A stretch of 64,000 nucleotides of DNA, from positions 3,680,001 through 3,744,000 of the forward strand of contig OZ245842.1 in the NCBI GenBank assembly GCA_965228895.1. Direction: 5' to 3'. Below the pieces are notes generated by a model, which did not search any database, was not told where the DNA came from, and worked only from the letters and a program-made list of their open reading frames with translations. This stretch comes from Alphaproteobacteria bacterium. GTDB lineage: Bacteria > Pseudomonadota > Alphaproteobacteria > SP197. This document shows, in pieces, positions 18,916 to 28,502 of this stretch; positions within the stretch are counted from its first letter, which is position 1; every line of letters begins with the position of its first letter. Position numbers and translations under genes: made by a program.

Positions 18916-19132
18916 GCGCAAGTGTCCGGCACGCATGGCGATCAGCCAGGGATTCCAAATCCCCTTCGCCGAACAAATCCGCGCCAAAGCCGGCATCGCC
19001 ACAATGGGCGTCGGGCTCCCGTGGGATGCCGAGGTCGGCGACGACGAAGGTCACGCCCTGTGGCCGCCGGAATCCGGCTGGTGGCTCAACTGGCGTGACC
19101 GGCTGGTCGAAAAGCTCGGCTTGCGCGGCTAA
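18914..19132 (+). pseudogene. Degenerate copy of the OYE gene 3' end with an in-frame 99-bp deletion
   Basis: PARMAISQGFQIPFAEQIR...WDAEV/GDDEGHALWPPESGWWL...LGLRG* matches about 15875-16190 minus 15996-16094. Confidence 0.92.
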
Positions 19133-20379
19133 AAACGATCCGCCCTGAACGGTGCGAGGTCCAGGCCGGGATCGCGGCCTGAGACGAGGTCGGCAATGAT
19201 CGCGCCCGTTCGCGCACCCAGTGTCAGGCCCAGGTGCTGGTGGCCGAAGGCGAACCAGCAGTCGCGCACGCCGGGTGCCGGACCGATCATCGGCCGGAAG
19301 TCCGGCAAGGTCGGACGACGGCCCATCCAGGCCGTCATCTTTGGTTTGTCGATACCCTCAAGTTCGCGCAATACCGGTCGTGCGCGCCGCCAGATGGTTT
19401 GGCCGCGCTCATGGTTCTCAGGCGCGTCGACGCCGGCGAGCTCCACGGTGCCGGCAAGACGCAGCCCGGTCGTCGTCGGGTTGATGCCATAGGCGTGCTC
19501 GTAATGCAGGCAGACCCGCGTCAAGGCGCTCTCGAAGCCGTCAAGCTCGACGTGATAGCCGCGCTCGGCCTCCAGCAGCACGCGGACCCCCATCATGTGC
19601 GCCAGACGATGCGAGAACGCACCGGCAGCGACCACCAGCTTGTCGACCGGCATGTCGCCCCGGTCCGTCTTGAGGCCGGTGACCCGGCCGTTCTCGACCT
19701 GCATGTCCTCTACCTCGGCCTGAACGAACCCGTTCGCTTGACCGGCGCATGCCTGATCGGCGATGGCGCGGGTCAGAAGGCCGGGATTGTTGGTGCTGTA
19801 AACGGTCGGGAAGAAGATGGCGCGTGCGACCTGGTCCGACAGGGCCGGCTCCATCTGGCGGATCTCTTCGCGCGCCAGTTCGTCAAAGTTGGCGCCGAAC
19901 GTCCGGTTCATATCGCGCCGCCATGTGTCGTCGGCGAACGTCTGCTCGCTGCGGTAAAGGCCCAGAAGGCCATTGCGCCGGATGTAGCGGTCAGCCTCGG
20001 TGTCGCGCACGATCGCGTCATAGGCCGACGTCGTGCCATTCAGAAGGCTCGCCATCGCGACAGCGGTGCGTTGCTGATCGGCGGTCGTGCAACCGCGCAC
20101 CAGCGCGGCCAGCCACGGCATCATCTTGAGGAGATAGGACCAGCGGATGACAAGCGTCGCATCCTTGTTGAACAACATCGACGGGATGTCTTTGAGAAGA
20201 CGTGGCGACGGCGGCTGGACCGACGAACCGAGTGTCGAGATGACGCCCGCATTCCCGAACGAGCAGCCCATGCCGGGCTCGATACGGTCGAGCAGCGTCA
20301 CCTCGTGACCGGCCAGCGCCAGATAACGCGCGCAACACGCGCCGATAATGCCGGCGCCGATAACCGTAACGTGGCTCAT
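19129..20379 (-). CDS. FAD-dependent D-amino acid dehydrogenase (DadA-like)
   Basis: IGAGIIG, CSFGNAG, ERGYH, LRLAGTVE, WMGRRPTLPD, GHQHLGLT. Confidence 0.88.
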   Translation of the reverse strand: MSHVTVIGAGIIGACCARYLALAGHEVTLLDRIEPGMGCSFGNAGVISTLGSSVQPPSPRLLKDIPSMLFNKDATLVIRWSYLLKMMPWLAALVRGCTTADQQRTAVAMASLLNGTTSAYDAIVRDTEADRYIRRNGLLGLYRSEQTFADDTWRRDMNRTFGANFDELAREEIRQMEPALSDQVARAIFFPTVYSTNNPGLLTRAIADQACAGQANGFVQAEVEDMQVENGRVTGLKTDRGDMPVDKLVVAAGAFSHRLAHMMGVRVLLEAERGYHVELDGFESALTRVCLHYEHAYGINPTTTGLRLAGTVELAGVDAPENHERGQTIWRRARPVLRELEGIDKPKMTAWMGRRPTLPDFRPMIGPAPGVRDCWFAFGHQHLGLTLGARTGAIIADLVSGRDPGLDLAPFRADRF

Positions 20380-20391
20380 GGACGGAGCGCT

Positions 20392-21219
20392 CTAAACAAC
20401 ATGCCAGACATCATTCAGCATATCCGCGGCGACCACCACCAGGAAGGCGCCGAAGATGCGTTTGAGAACGTGTTTGTTGAGCCGGTTACCCAGACGCACG
20501 CCAAACGGCGCGGCTACCATGACGATCGGCGCCATGATGATAAAGGCGATGCCGTCGACATAACCGACCGCGTGATCCGGCAGGCCGCTCGCGCCCAGGC
20601 CGTTGATGATGTAGCCGGTCGCCCCGACCGCGCTGATCACCACGCCGCCGACACTGGAAACGGCGATGGCGCGGTGGATCGGATAACCGAAGGCGTTGAG
20701 GATCGGCGTTACGAACGTACCGCCGGTCAAACCCAGCAGCGTTGACACGCCGCCGAAGAAGACCGCGAAGAACGTGCGCAGCCAGCCGGCCAAGCGTTCC
20801 GCCAGCTTGAAGCTGTCGCTGGAGACAAGCATGTGTATCGCGGCGACTAAAATCACGATCGCGAACGCTGCTTGCAGATGTTTGCCGTCGATGAAGCGGG
20901 ACGCCACGACACCGATCACAACGCCAACCGCCAAAGCCGGCAGCCACAGCTTCAGAAACGGCACATCGACATTGCCGGCACGCCGTTGCGTGAGCGAGGC
21001 CGAGACGGAACTGGGCAAAGCAAGCGCCAGGGACGTCGCGACGGCAACGTGCATGACCTGCTCAGATGAGACACCGAAGGCGGGAAAGAGATAGAGGAAG
21101 ATCGGCACGCGCATGATACCGCCGCCGATACCGAACAGGCCGCCGGCATAGCCCGAGGCAATGCCGGCCAAGGCAAGCCAGCCCGCATAGATCCACAGAT
21201 CCTGTTCCACGGCGCCCAT
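20392..21219 (-). CDS. Sulfite exporter TauE/SafE family membrane protein
   Basis: GGLFGIGGG, AVATSLA, LGLTGG duplicated motif, about 8 TM helices. Confidence 0.88.
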   Translation of the reverse strand: MGAVEQDLWIYAGWLALAGIASGYAGGLFGIGGGIMRVPIFLYLFPAFGVSSEQVMHVAVATSLALALPSSVSASLTQRRAGNVDVPFLKLWLPALAVGVVIGVVASRFIDGKHLQAAFAIVILVAAIHMLVSSDSFKLAERLAGWLRTFFAVFFGGVSTLLGLTGGTFVTPILNAFGYPIHRAIAVSSVGGVVISAVGATGYIINGLGASGLPDHAVGYVDGIAFIIMAPIVMVAAPFGVRLGNRLNKHVLKRIFGAFLVVVAADMLNDVWHVV

Positions 21220-21293
21220 CCCTACTCGTACGACTACCGGATATCACGCCATTCACGGTCCAACAAATCGACTCGGCAACGCACCACGTGCGG

Positions 21294-22409
21294 TTAGCCG
21301 AGATGCCATGTCGTCATTTCCGGGTGCGGATGCAGAGCTTCTAGTCGCTGATCGATCGCTTCACGTGTCAACAAGCCACCTTCAGCATCGGTGCGCGTGA
21401 CGACGGAGGCGGCATTGACGGCCGCGGCACGGGCCGCGTTCTCTGCGCTTTCACCGAGCGCGATCTTGGCCGCGAAGGTGGCGGCAAACGCATCGCCCGC
21501 ACCGGCGGTGCCAGCGACCTCGCTGGCGATGACCGGGCAATGAAACAGGCCGTCTTGAGAGCCGACAAAGGCACCGGCCGCGCCATCGGTCACGACAAGG
21601 TAACGTGGGCCCAGTGCCAGCACGGTCTTGAAGAAGGTCGCGAACGGCAGAGCAATGCCCTCACCGGCAAAGCCGCGCACGACAAGAGCGGGCGCGGTGT
21701 CGTCGGGCGCCGGCTGAAGCACAGGTCGATCGCCAGCGGCACGCGTTGCCAGCACCGGCACCAAGGCGTCGGCCTCGATGCGGTTTAAGGTTAACACGTC
21801 GATCTTGCCGAGGCAGCGCAAGAAGGCGCCGGTCTTGGCCGAGAGTTGCCGGATGCCGGGATTCGACGCAATTGTCGCGCCCATGTTTTTCGCCATGTCG
21901 ATGATCGCCGGGAAACACGCCGCCGAACCCTCGCTCAGGCTGGAGACGTAGACGAGATCCCTATCGAACGCGGCCTCGTGAAGATCGCCCGGTTCCATGA
22001 GCGTGTTGGCGCCGCGATAGGTGAAGATGGCGGCGTCACGGTCGTGGGACGACAGATGGACGGCCGCACCGGTCGGCTGCCTGACGTCGCGCACGACCCA
22101 ATCGTCCGTCACGCCCTCATCTTTCAGGTGACGACAGATCGTATCGGCGCGCGCGTCATCGCCCAGTTTCAACAGCGCCGCGGTCGTCAGGCCCAGACGC
22201 GCGAGCGCGACCGCGACATTCAGGCCACCACCGCCGCAATGGGTCGAGACATCCAAGGCCTCGGTTTTGCGGCCGGCCTCCAGCATCAAGAACGAGGTCT
22301 CGGCGTTGCGCAGGGTCAGGTGCTCGATCAGGCCGCTGTCGATGATCGCGATGGTGTCGATCATCGCCGATCCGACCGCGAGCGCCCTGACGGGCAACGC
22401 CTCGCCCAC
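21294..22409 (-). CDS. PfkB family carbohydrate kinase
   Basis: GGGGLNVAVALARLG, LNRIEA, VTDGAAG, GTAGAGDAF; GTG start inferred just after the deacetylase stop. Confidence 0.85.
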   Translation of the reverse strand: MGEALPVRALAVGSAMIDTIAIIDSGLIEHLTLRNAETSFLMLEAGRKTEALDVSTHCGGGGLNVAVALARLGLTTAALLKLGDDARADTICRHLKDEGVTDDWVVRDVRQPTGAAVHLSSHDRDAAIFTYRGANTLMEPGDLHEAAFDRDLVYVSSLSEGSAACFPAIIDMAKNMGATIASNPGIRQLSAKTGAFLRCLGKIDVLTLNRIEADALVPVLATRAAGDRPVLQPAPDDTAPALVVRGFAGEGIALPFATFFKTVLALGPRYLVVTDGAAGAFVGSQDGLFHCPVIASEVAGTAGAGDAFAATFAAKIALGESAENAARAAAVNAASVVTRTDAEGGLLTREAIDQRLEALHPHPEMTTWHLG

Positions 22410-22413
22410 GGCC

Positions 22414-23526
22414 TTAGCCTTCGGGAACCGCGTCGGCGAGCGCGGCCGCCTTTTTGATGACGTCGTCCTGGTGAGGATAGAGCTGATGGCCGCCGGCAAC
22501 GTCGACGAACTCGGCAAAGACGTCCTCGACATCGCTGCTGATGCCCGAAAGCTCTTCCATCACGGCCAGTCCGCAATAGGGCACGTAGGCTGCCGAATAG
22601 CCGCCCTCGTGACTCAGCACGAGCTTGCCGCCGGTCAACTCGTCGGCTAGCTCCAGCATGATCTGGGTCAGTTTTCGGTAGGTCGTCGACGTCACCATCA
22701 TGCGGCCCAGGGGATCGTAGATGGAGCCATCGAAGCCCGAAGCGATGATGATCAGTTCCGGCTTGAAGCGGCGCAGGGCCGGTGCGACGACCCGTTCGAA
22801 GGTCTGGATGTAGGCGTCGCGCCCCGAACCCGGCGGCAGCGGAACGTTGATGTTGCAGTCCTTGCCGTCACCCTCGCCGGTCTGATGCAGGTGCCCGGAA
22901 TCGGCGGGGTACCAATTGTCCTGGTGGATCGAAATGGAAAGCACATCCGGGTCCCCATAGAAGATCCGTTGGGTGCCGTTGCCGTGATGCACGTCCCAGT
23001 CAACCACGGCCGCGCGCTTGATGCCATGGGCGTGTCGGGCGTGATGCACGGCAACGCCGATGTTGCTGAAGATGCAGAAACCGCGGCCGATATCCGGCTC
23101 GGCGTGATGACCGGGCGGGCGCACGAGCGCGTAGCCGTTATCGATCCGCCCTTCGGTGACCGCGTCGACCATGGCAATCGTTCCGCCGGTCGACAACAGG
23201 GCGATCTCGTAGCTGCCATGCCCGAACGGCGTCCCTTCGCCCGCGTTACCGCCGTTCTCGGCGCTCATCGCCTTGATGCCGTCGAGGTAGTCGGGTGTGT
23301 GGACCCGCAGGATCTCCTCCTCCGTCGCCGGTCGCGGTGCGATGTGGTTCATCTTGTCGTAGAGACCGGCGACTTCCATCAGGTTGCGCATGCGCCGTTT
23401 GGTCTCGGCATTCTCCGCATGTTCGCCCGGCTGCACCTTCAATCCGGCCGGATACCACAGCGCCGCGCTGCCGGTGTCGTGCCACATGTAGAGCTCGTGC
23501 ATCAGAAAACCGGTCTTGCGGTTCAT
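22414..23526 (-). CDS. Class II histone deacetylase-like amidohydrolase (HDAH/acetylpolyamine amidohydrolase family)
   Basis: RPPGHHA, GFCIF, DWDVHHGNGTQ, SIHQ, GFD...DPLG, HEGGY. Confidence 0.92.
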   Translation of the reverse strand: MNRKTGFLMHELYMWHDTGSAALWYPAGLKVQPGEHAENAETKRRMRNLMEVAGLYDKMNHIAPRPATEEEILRVHTPDYLDGIKAMSAENGGNAGEGTPFGHGSYEIALLSTGGTIAMVDAVTEGRIDNGYALVRPPGHHAEPDIGRGFCIFSNIGVAVHHARHAHGIKRAAVVDWDVHHGNGTQRIFYGDPDVLSISIHQDNWYPADSGHLHQTGEGDGKDCNINVPLPPGSGRDAYIQTFERVVAPALRRFKPELIIIASGFDGSIYDPLGRMMVTSTTYRKLTQIMLELADELTGGKLVLSHEGGYSAAYVPYCGLAVMEELSGISSDVEDVFAEFVDVAGGHQLYPHQDDVIKKAAALADAVPEG

Positions 23527-23592
23527 GGTCCTTCTCCCCGACTGGCGTTATGCCATGTGATGCTTTCCGAAGTGCGGATCAAAGACAATGCT

Positions 23593-25608
23593 CTAGCGCT
23601 GCCGCCAGGCCTGACTTCGGCGCCCCAGAACTCGGCCGGCGCCAGCATGAAGCAGGCGCGCGGTAACGTTGGTGTAGAAGATCATCATGCCCATGGCGGC
23701 CGCCGGAGCGATATCGCCGGCATCGTCCATGTTCAACACGGCGACGGCGGCCAGCGTCGTCTGCGGGCTATAGAGGAACACCACGGCGGAAACGGTCGTC
23801 ATGGCATTGACGAACATGTAGATCGCGATGTCCAGGATCGCCGGCTGGCAGACCGGCATGGTGACCCGGCCGAACACCTTCCATACCGACTGCTTGAGCG
23901 ACGCGGAAACCGACTCGAACTCGCGGTCCATCTGCTTCAGCGCGGTCGTCGCTGTCAGATGGGCGACCGTGTAGAAATGGGCGATCGTACAGATCACAAG
24001 GATCGCCATGGTGCCGTAGAGAAAGCCCAGCGGATTGTCCGGGTGATTGAAGAAGAAGATGTAGGAGAGGCCCAGCACCATGCCCGGCACCGCCATCGGC
24101 ATCATGGCGAGTAATTGCAGCAACCAGCGGCCGCCAGCGAAGACCCGCGTCTTCTCGACCACGAAGGCGCCGATGAAGACAATGACGGTGCCGATCAGCG
24201 CGACATAAAACGCCATGCGCAGCGAGTTGCCGTAAGAATCCCAACCGCCGCCGTCCATGCGGTCAAAGTCGTAGTTCTTCAGGCTGAAGCTCAGGTCATA
24301 AGGCCAGAACTTGAACAACGCGGCCAACTGACACATGGCGAGAATGCCGAGGATAAAGAACGACACCAGAGCGCAATAGGCCAGCATGGAGATGTCGAAG
24401 CGTAGATTTCTGGTCGGTACGTAAGGCACGGCACGCGCCGACAAGAGCGCGACCTGGCGCCGCCGTACACGGCGGTCGACGGTGAATGCGACCAGCGCAG
24501 GCACCAACAGGATCATTGAGACGACCGCGCCCATCTGGAAGTTCTGCTGGCCGATCACCTGTTTGTAGATATCGAGCGCCAGCACGTTGTAGCCGCCGCC
24601 GATCACCTTGGGCACGCCGAAATCGGTGATGACCAGCGTGAAGACGACAAAGGCCGAGGAGATCAGACCATAACGCGCGCCGGGCACGGTGACCGTCCAG
24701 AACGTACGCCAACGCGTCGCCCTCAACGCGATCGAGGCCTCGTAGAGTCTGGCATCGGAAATCGACAGCGCGACCAGGATGATCAGGAAGGCGTGCGGAA
24801 AGGTAAAGAAGACCGACGCGATGACGATGCCGATAGGCCCATAGATCGATTCACCCATCAACAGCGTGTTGAGCGGGCCCTGGTTGCCGAACAGATAGAC
24901 GAGCCCGATACCGGGCAGAAGCGACGGCACCAGGATCGGCACCATGGCGATGGTCTTGAAGAGGCCCTTCGCCGGCATACAGCTTCGCGTGATTGCATAG
25001 GCAAAACCGAAGGCCAGTGGCACGACGATGAAGGTCGTGATCAGCGACACGATCAGGCTGTTCAGGATCGATCCGCGCAGCGACGGTGTCTCGAAATAGA
25101 AGAGATAGTTATCCAGCGTGACATGGCTGACCGGGCGCACCAGCACCTTGCCCAGACCTGATCGCTCGACCTCACGCCACGCATCGTCGATACTGACGCT
25201 GCCGTCGAACAGCAGCATGCCTTTGTCGTCGGACAGGTCGCGCAGGCGGAACAGCTCGACATCCTTGCGGTCGGCTTTGGAGATCAGCTTGGACACCTGA
25301 AGCCGCGTGCGTTCGCTGGGCCTGAGCCCGTCGTTAAGCGGCGTGCCCAATCTCTCCTGCCAGTAGGCCAGGCTATGCGCCTCGCCCCAGGTGCCGTCGG
25401 GAAGCTGGAACTGAACCTCGACGTCCTGAAGCTTAAAGCCGTAGGTCCTGAGCGACTGCTCGAACATCGCCAGCAAAGGCGCGGCGACGGCGACCACCAG
25501 ATAGAGCGCGATGATGACGATCAGGCCGCGCGTCGTGATGCCGTCGGAGGTTGCGCCGCGCGCCGCGGCGGCGACCGCCGGTCCTGCCGTGTCGCCGGCC
25601 GCGCTCAT
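23593..25608 (-). CDS. ABC transporter permease (two fused modules), putative 2-aminoethylphosphonate transporter family
   Basis: LFGNQG, DARLYEAS, TDFGVPKVIGG, IYKQVIGQQNFQMGA, EFESVSASL, NAMTTVSAVVFLY, LNMDDAG. Confidence 0.88.
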   Translation of the reverse strand: MSAAGDTAGPAVAAAARGATSDGITTRGLIVIIALYLVVAVAAPLLAMFEQSLRTYGFKLQDVEVQFQLPDGTWGEAHSLAYWQERLGTPLNDGLRPSERTRLQVSKLISKADRKDVELFRLRDLSDDKGMLLFDGSVSIDDAWREVERSGLGKVLVRPVSHVTLDNYLFYFETPSLRGSILNSLIVSLITTFIVVPLAFGFAYAITRSCMPAKGLFKTIAMVPILVPSLLPGIGLVYLFGNQGPLNTLLMGESIYGPIGIVIASVFFTFPHAFLIILVALSISDARLYEASIALRATRWRTFWTVTVPGARYGLISSAFVVFTLVITDFGVPKVIGGGYNVLALDIYKQVIGQQNFQMGAVVSMILLVPALVAFTVDRRVRRRQVALLSARAVPYVPTRNLRFDISMLAYCALVSFFILGILAMCQLAALFKFWPYDLSFSLKNYDFDRMDGGGWDSYGNSLRMAFYVALIGTVIVFIGAFVVEKTRVFAGGRWLLQLLAMMPMAVPGMVLGLSYIFFFNHPDNPLGFLYGTMAILVICTIAHFYTVAHLTATTALKQMDREFESVSASLKQSVWKVFGRVTMPVCQPAILDIAIYMFVNAMTTVSAVVFLYSPQTTLAAVAVLNMDDAGDIAPAAAMGMMIFYTNVTARLLHAGAGRVLGRRSQAWRQR

Positions 25609-26714
25609 GACCGGGCGAAGAGCTGAATACGATCGGCCGGCAGATGCAGTCGGATGGTTTCGCCGTGCCTAAGGCCTCCGGTATCACCGCCCTGGACCGG
25701 CATGTCGACGCTTAAGCTCGCCGTGTCGCCGAGGTCGCCCCCTGAGACTTCTAGGCGTTGAAACGAGCCCAGAAACTCGATGTCGCCGACAACCACGGTC
25801 AGTTCGCCTTCGGCGCCGCCGCGTTCAAGCTTCACATCTTCCGGCCTAATCGCGAGCGTCACCTTGTCGCCAGTCTGGTGGCCATGTGTCGGACAGGCGA
25901 TGCGGTGCGCACCGACCTTGACGCTGCCATCGTCGGCGACCACGGCTTCGATCAGGTTCATCTTGCCGATAAAGTCGGCGACAAAGGCGGTGGCCGGCGC
26001 GCCATAGATTTCTTCCGGCGTGCCGATCTGTTCGATGTGGCCCTCGTTCATGACGACGATGCGGTCGGCCATGGTCAGCGCTTCTTCCTGATCGTGCGTC
26101 ACCATGATGGTGGTGACGCCGAGCTCGCGCTGCAGGTGCTTGATCTCGCGGCGCAGTCGGCCACGCACCTTGGCATCCAGCGCCGACAGGGGTTCATCGA
26201 GCAGCAGAAGACCCGGCGACGGCGCAAGCGCGCGCGCCAGCGCGACACGCTGCTGCTGGCCGCCGGAAAGCTGTGCCGGGTACTTGTCGGCCTGGTCCGC
26301 AAGCCCGACGGTGGCCAACAGTTCGTCGACGCGATTGTTGATGTCGGTGCGTTTCAGTCCGCGGTTTTCCAGGCCGTAGGCGATGTTGGCGCGTACGGTG
26401 AGATTGGGAAACAAGGCATAGGACTGAAAGACGATACCGAAATCACGGTGTGTCGCGGGCAGGCCTGAGACATCGCGGCCGGCTTGCACGATGCGACCGG
26501 CTGTCTGATTTTCGAGACCGGCGATGATGCGCAACAGCGTCGTCTTGCCGCAGCCTGACGGCCCCAGAAAACACACGAACTCGCCGGCGTGTATGTCAAG
26601 GCCGACCTCGGATAGCGCCGCAAAGTCACCAAACAGTTTTGAGATGCCGGAAAGACTCAGATAAGCCTCGCCGGTCGGGGTCTCGTCATCCGGGGTGACA
26701 GCCACCACGCTCAT
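25605..26714 (-). CDS. ABC transporter ATP-binding subunit, putative 2-aminoethylphosphonate transporter family
   Basis: GPSGCGKT, FQSYALFPNL, LSGGQQQR, LLLDEPLSALD, VTHDQEEA, TOBE-like tail. Confidence 0.92.
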   Translation of the reverse strand: MSVVAVTPDDETPTGEAYLSLSGISKLFGDFAALSEVGLDIHAGEFVCFLGPSGCGKTTLLRIIAGLENQTAGRIVQAGRDVSGLPATHRDFGIVFQSYALFPNLTVRANIAYGLENRGLKRTDINNRVDELLATVGLADQADKYPAQLSGGQQQRVALARALAPSPGLLLLDEPLSALDAKVRGRLRREIKHLQRELGVTTIMVTHDQEEALTMADRIVVMNEGHIEQIGTPEEIYGAPATAFVADFIGKMNLIEAVVADDGSVKVGAHRIACPTHGHQTGDKVTLAIRPEDVKLERGGAEGELTVVVGDIEFLGSFQRLEVSGGDLGDTASLSVDMPVQGGDTGGLRHGETIRLHLPADRIQLFARS

Positions 26715-26727
26715 CGAAGTCTCCGAT

Positions 26728-26779
26728 AAAACGGCGAACCCTCCGCGCCTTTCTTTGAGGACGCGAAGGGTTCCGTTTT
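26728..26779 (-). other. Intergenic hairpin after the binding-protein gene (mRNA stabiliser or partial terminator)
   Basis: aaaacgg..aaccct..gcg / cgc..agggtt.ccgtttt inverted repeat between SBP and ATPase genes. Confidence 0.55.
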
Positions 26780-26792
26780 CACCCGTGCTCTA

Positions 26793-27833
26793 TCAGCCTT
26801 CCGGTTCCGACTTCTCGTCGTAGCGCGACTGCCACTCGGCCAGGATGCGCTCCCGGTTCTGGGCGGCCCACTCAAAGTCGTTATCGATCATGGCATCGGT
26901 GATGCCTTCGGGAAAATGCTCGACCGGCTGTGCCAGCTCGGTGATGCCGATGACGGCATAACCTTCGTTGTACATCCGGTTGGCGTCTTCGCTGATCGAC
27001 CAGTCGACCAGAGTCTGCGCGGCCTCAAGGTTATCGGTGCCGGCGACGATCGCGGTCGCCTCCATGTCCCAACCAATACCCTCCTCGGGGATAATGATCT
27101 CCAACGGTGCGCCGTCCGCTTTCGACTTGGCGCCACGGAAAGCGAAGGAGACGCCGATCGGCACTTCGCCGCGCGCTGCATCCTTGCACGGCTTGGAGCC
27201 CGAATGGGTGTAGAACGCGATGTTCTCGTGCAACCGGTCCATATAGTCCCAGCCGCCGTCCTCACCGAACAGCTGCAACCAGGACGAGACGTCCAGGAAG
27301 CCGGTGCCCGACGAGTTGGGGTTGGGCATGGCGACATGGCCCTGATAGACGGGATCGGTCAGGTCTTCCCATGAGCTCGGCATCGGCAGGCCGTTCTTTT
27401 CGGCCTCCACCGTGTTGACGCAAATCGCGGCGACCCAGGCGTCCATGCCGGTCCAATAGGGCGGCTCGGCGGCGTCACGGAACTTCGAGTTCAAGCGATC
27501 GAGGCCAGCGGGCGCATAGGGTTCCAGCATGCCTTCGCTTTTCATCAGCAGCAGCGAGGTTGCGGCCAGCCCCCAAACCACATCCGCCTGGGGATTATCT
27601 TTTTCGGCCAACAACTTGGCTGTCACGACACCGGTCGAATCGCGAACCCAGTTGATCGTGATATCCGGATGCGCTTCGTTGAAACGCTCGGCGTATTTGT
27701 CCAGATCCTCAGCCTCGACGGCGGTATAGACCGTCAACTCCGTCTGGGCGAAAGCGGTCGTTGCCATCAGTCCGGCCACGGCCGCGCCAAGCACGCCGGT
27801 CGTCAAGGTCTTGAGATATGTGTGAATGCTCAT
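26793..27833 (-). CDS. ABC transporter substrate-binding protein, putative 2-aminoethylphosphonate family
   Basis: Signal peptide, LTVYTA, WVRDSTG, ADVVWGLAATS, MPNPNSSGTG, YTHSGSKPC, GWDMEA. Confidence 0.88.
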   Translation of the reverse strand: MSIHTYLKTLTTGVLGAAVAGLMATTAFAQTELTVYTAVEAEDLDKYAERFNEAHPDITINWVRDSTGVVTAKLLAEKDNPQADVVWGLAATSLLLMKSEGMLEPYAPAGLDRLNSKFRDAAEPPYWTGMDAWVAAICVNTVEAEKNGLPMPSSWEDLTDPVYQGHVAMPNPNSSGTGFLDVSSWLQLFGEDGGWDYMDRLHENIAFYTHSGSKPCKDAARGEVPIGVSFAFRGAKSKADGAPLEIIIPEEGIGWDMEATAIVAGTDNLEAAQTLVDWSISEDANRMYNEGYAVIGITELAQPVEHFPEGITDAMIDNDFEWAAQNRERILAEWQSRYDEKSEPEG

Positions 27834-27937
27834 GCAGGTACTCCCCGAGTGAATGTTGCCCCGGCGCGGCGAGCAGCCGCCCCGTCCCCGCCGTCCGGCC
27901 TTTTCTGGTCTTACGGCCAGCACAGCAGGATCGGCAA

Positions 27938-27955
27938 ATGACAGGATAATGACGG
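27938..27955 (-). promoter_or_regulatory. Pho box (PhoB site)
   Basis: Minus strand CCGTCAT-TATC-CTGTCAT, 11-bp period, about 105 bp upstream of the SBP start. Confidence 0.75.
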
Positions 27956-28019
27956 CCGCGGACACTTGCTACGGAATTGTCGCGGCTGGAGCATCAATCA
28001 TTCAATAAAATCAATCTCT

Positions 28020-28044
28020 TATAGATCTATACGTCTAGACGTAT
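28020..28044. promoter_or_regulatory. Overlapping palindromes, putative GntR/HutC (PhnF-like) operator
   Basis: Perfect 16-bp ATACGTCTAGACGTAT (28029-28044) with GTCTAGAC core, plus TATAGATCTATA (28020-28031). Confidence 0.5.
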
Positions 28045-28084
28045 TGAGATACCGCACCGCATTTCTGATGTCCGCTTGGCAAGA

Positions 28085-28474
28085 TCAACCTGTCTTGGTT
28101 AGGTCCTGCGCCAGCATCAGGGCATTGCGGTCGGGATCATAGAACGTTGCCGTGCTGACCATCCCTTCGATGGTTTCGGTCTCCCCGTCGAAGATCACAC
28201 CGGCTTTTTCCAACGCGGCCCGTGCGGCGTCGATGTTCATGACCCCGAACACAGGGACCGTGTTGCCCGGGCTGGGCTCTGCCTGTTCGCCTAGGCCCAG
28301 GGTGACGCCTTCAGTCTTGGTCTGCATTTCGCTCCACCCGGCTTCGTCAATATGGTGGATCAGCGCGAAACCGAGATTGTCTTCGTACCATCGTGCGCTT
28401 TTGTGCCTGTCGCGAACCGACAACGCCAACGTGATGGTGTTTTCCAACGAAACGACGGGCATGATTCTTTCCAT
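28085..28474 (-). CDS. VOC/glyoxalase family protein
   Basis: LSVRDRHKSARWY..LGF, VPVFGV.NID, ATFYDPDRN. Confidence 0.85.
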   Translation of the reverse strand: MERIMPVVSLENTITLALSVRDRHKSARWYEDNLGFALIHHIDEAGWSEMQTKTEGVTLGLGEQAEPSPGNTVPVFGVMNIDAARAALEKAGVIFDGETETIEGMVSTATFYDPDRNALMLAQDLTKTG

Positions 28475-28502
28475 ATTATCAAAAATATATTAACTATACT
28501 TT

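Noticed and set aside
18914-19132. 72-aa ORF as an independent small gene
   Set aside because: It is a deleted duplicate of the OYE C-terminus with no convincing RBS
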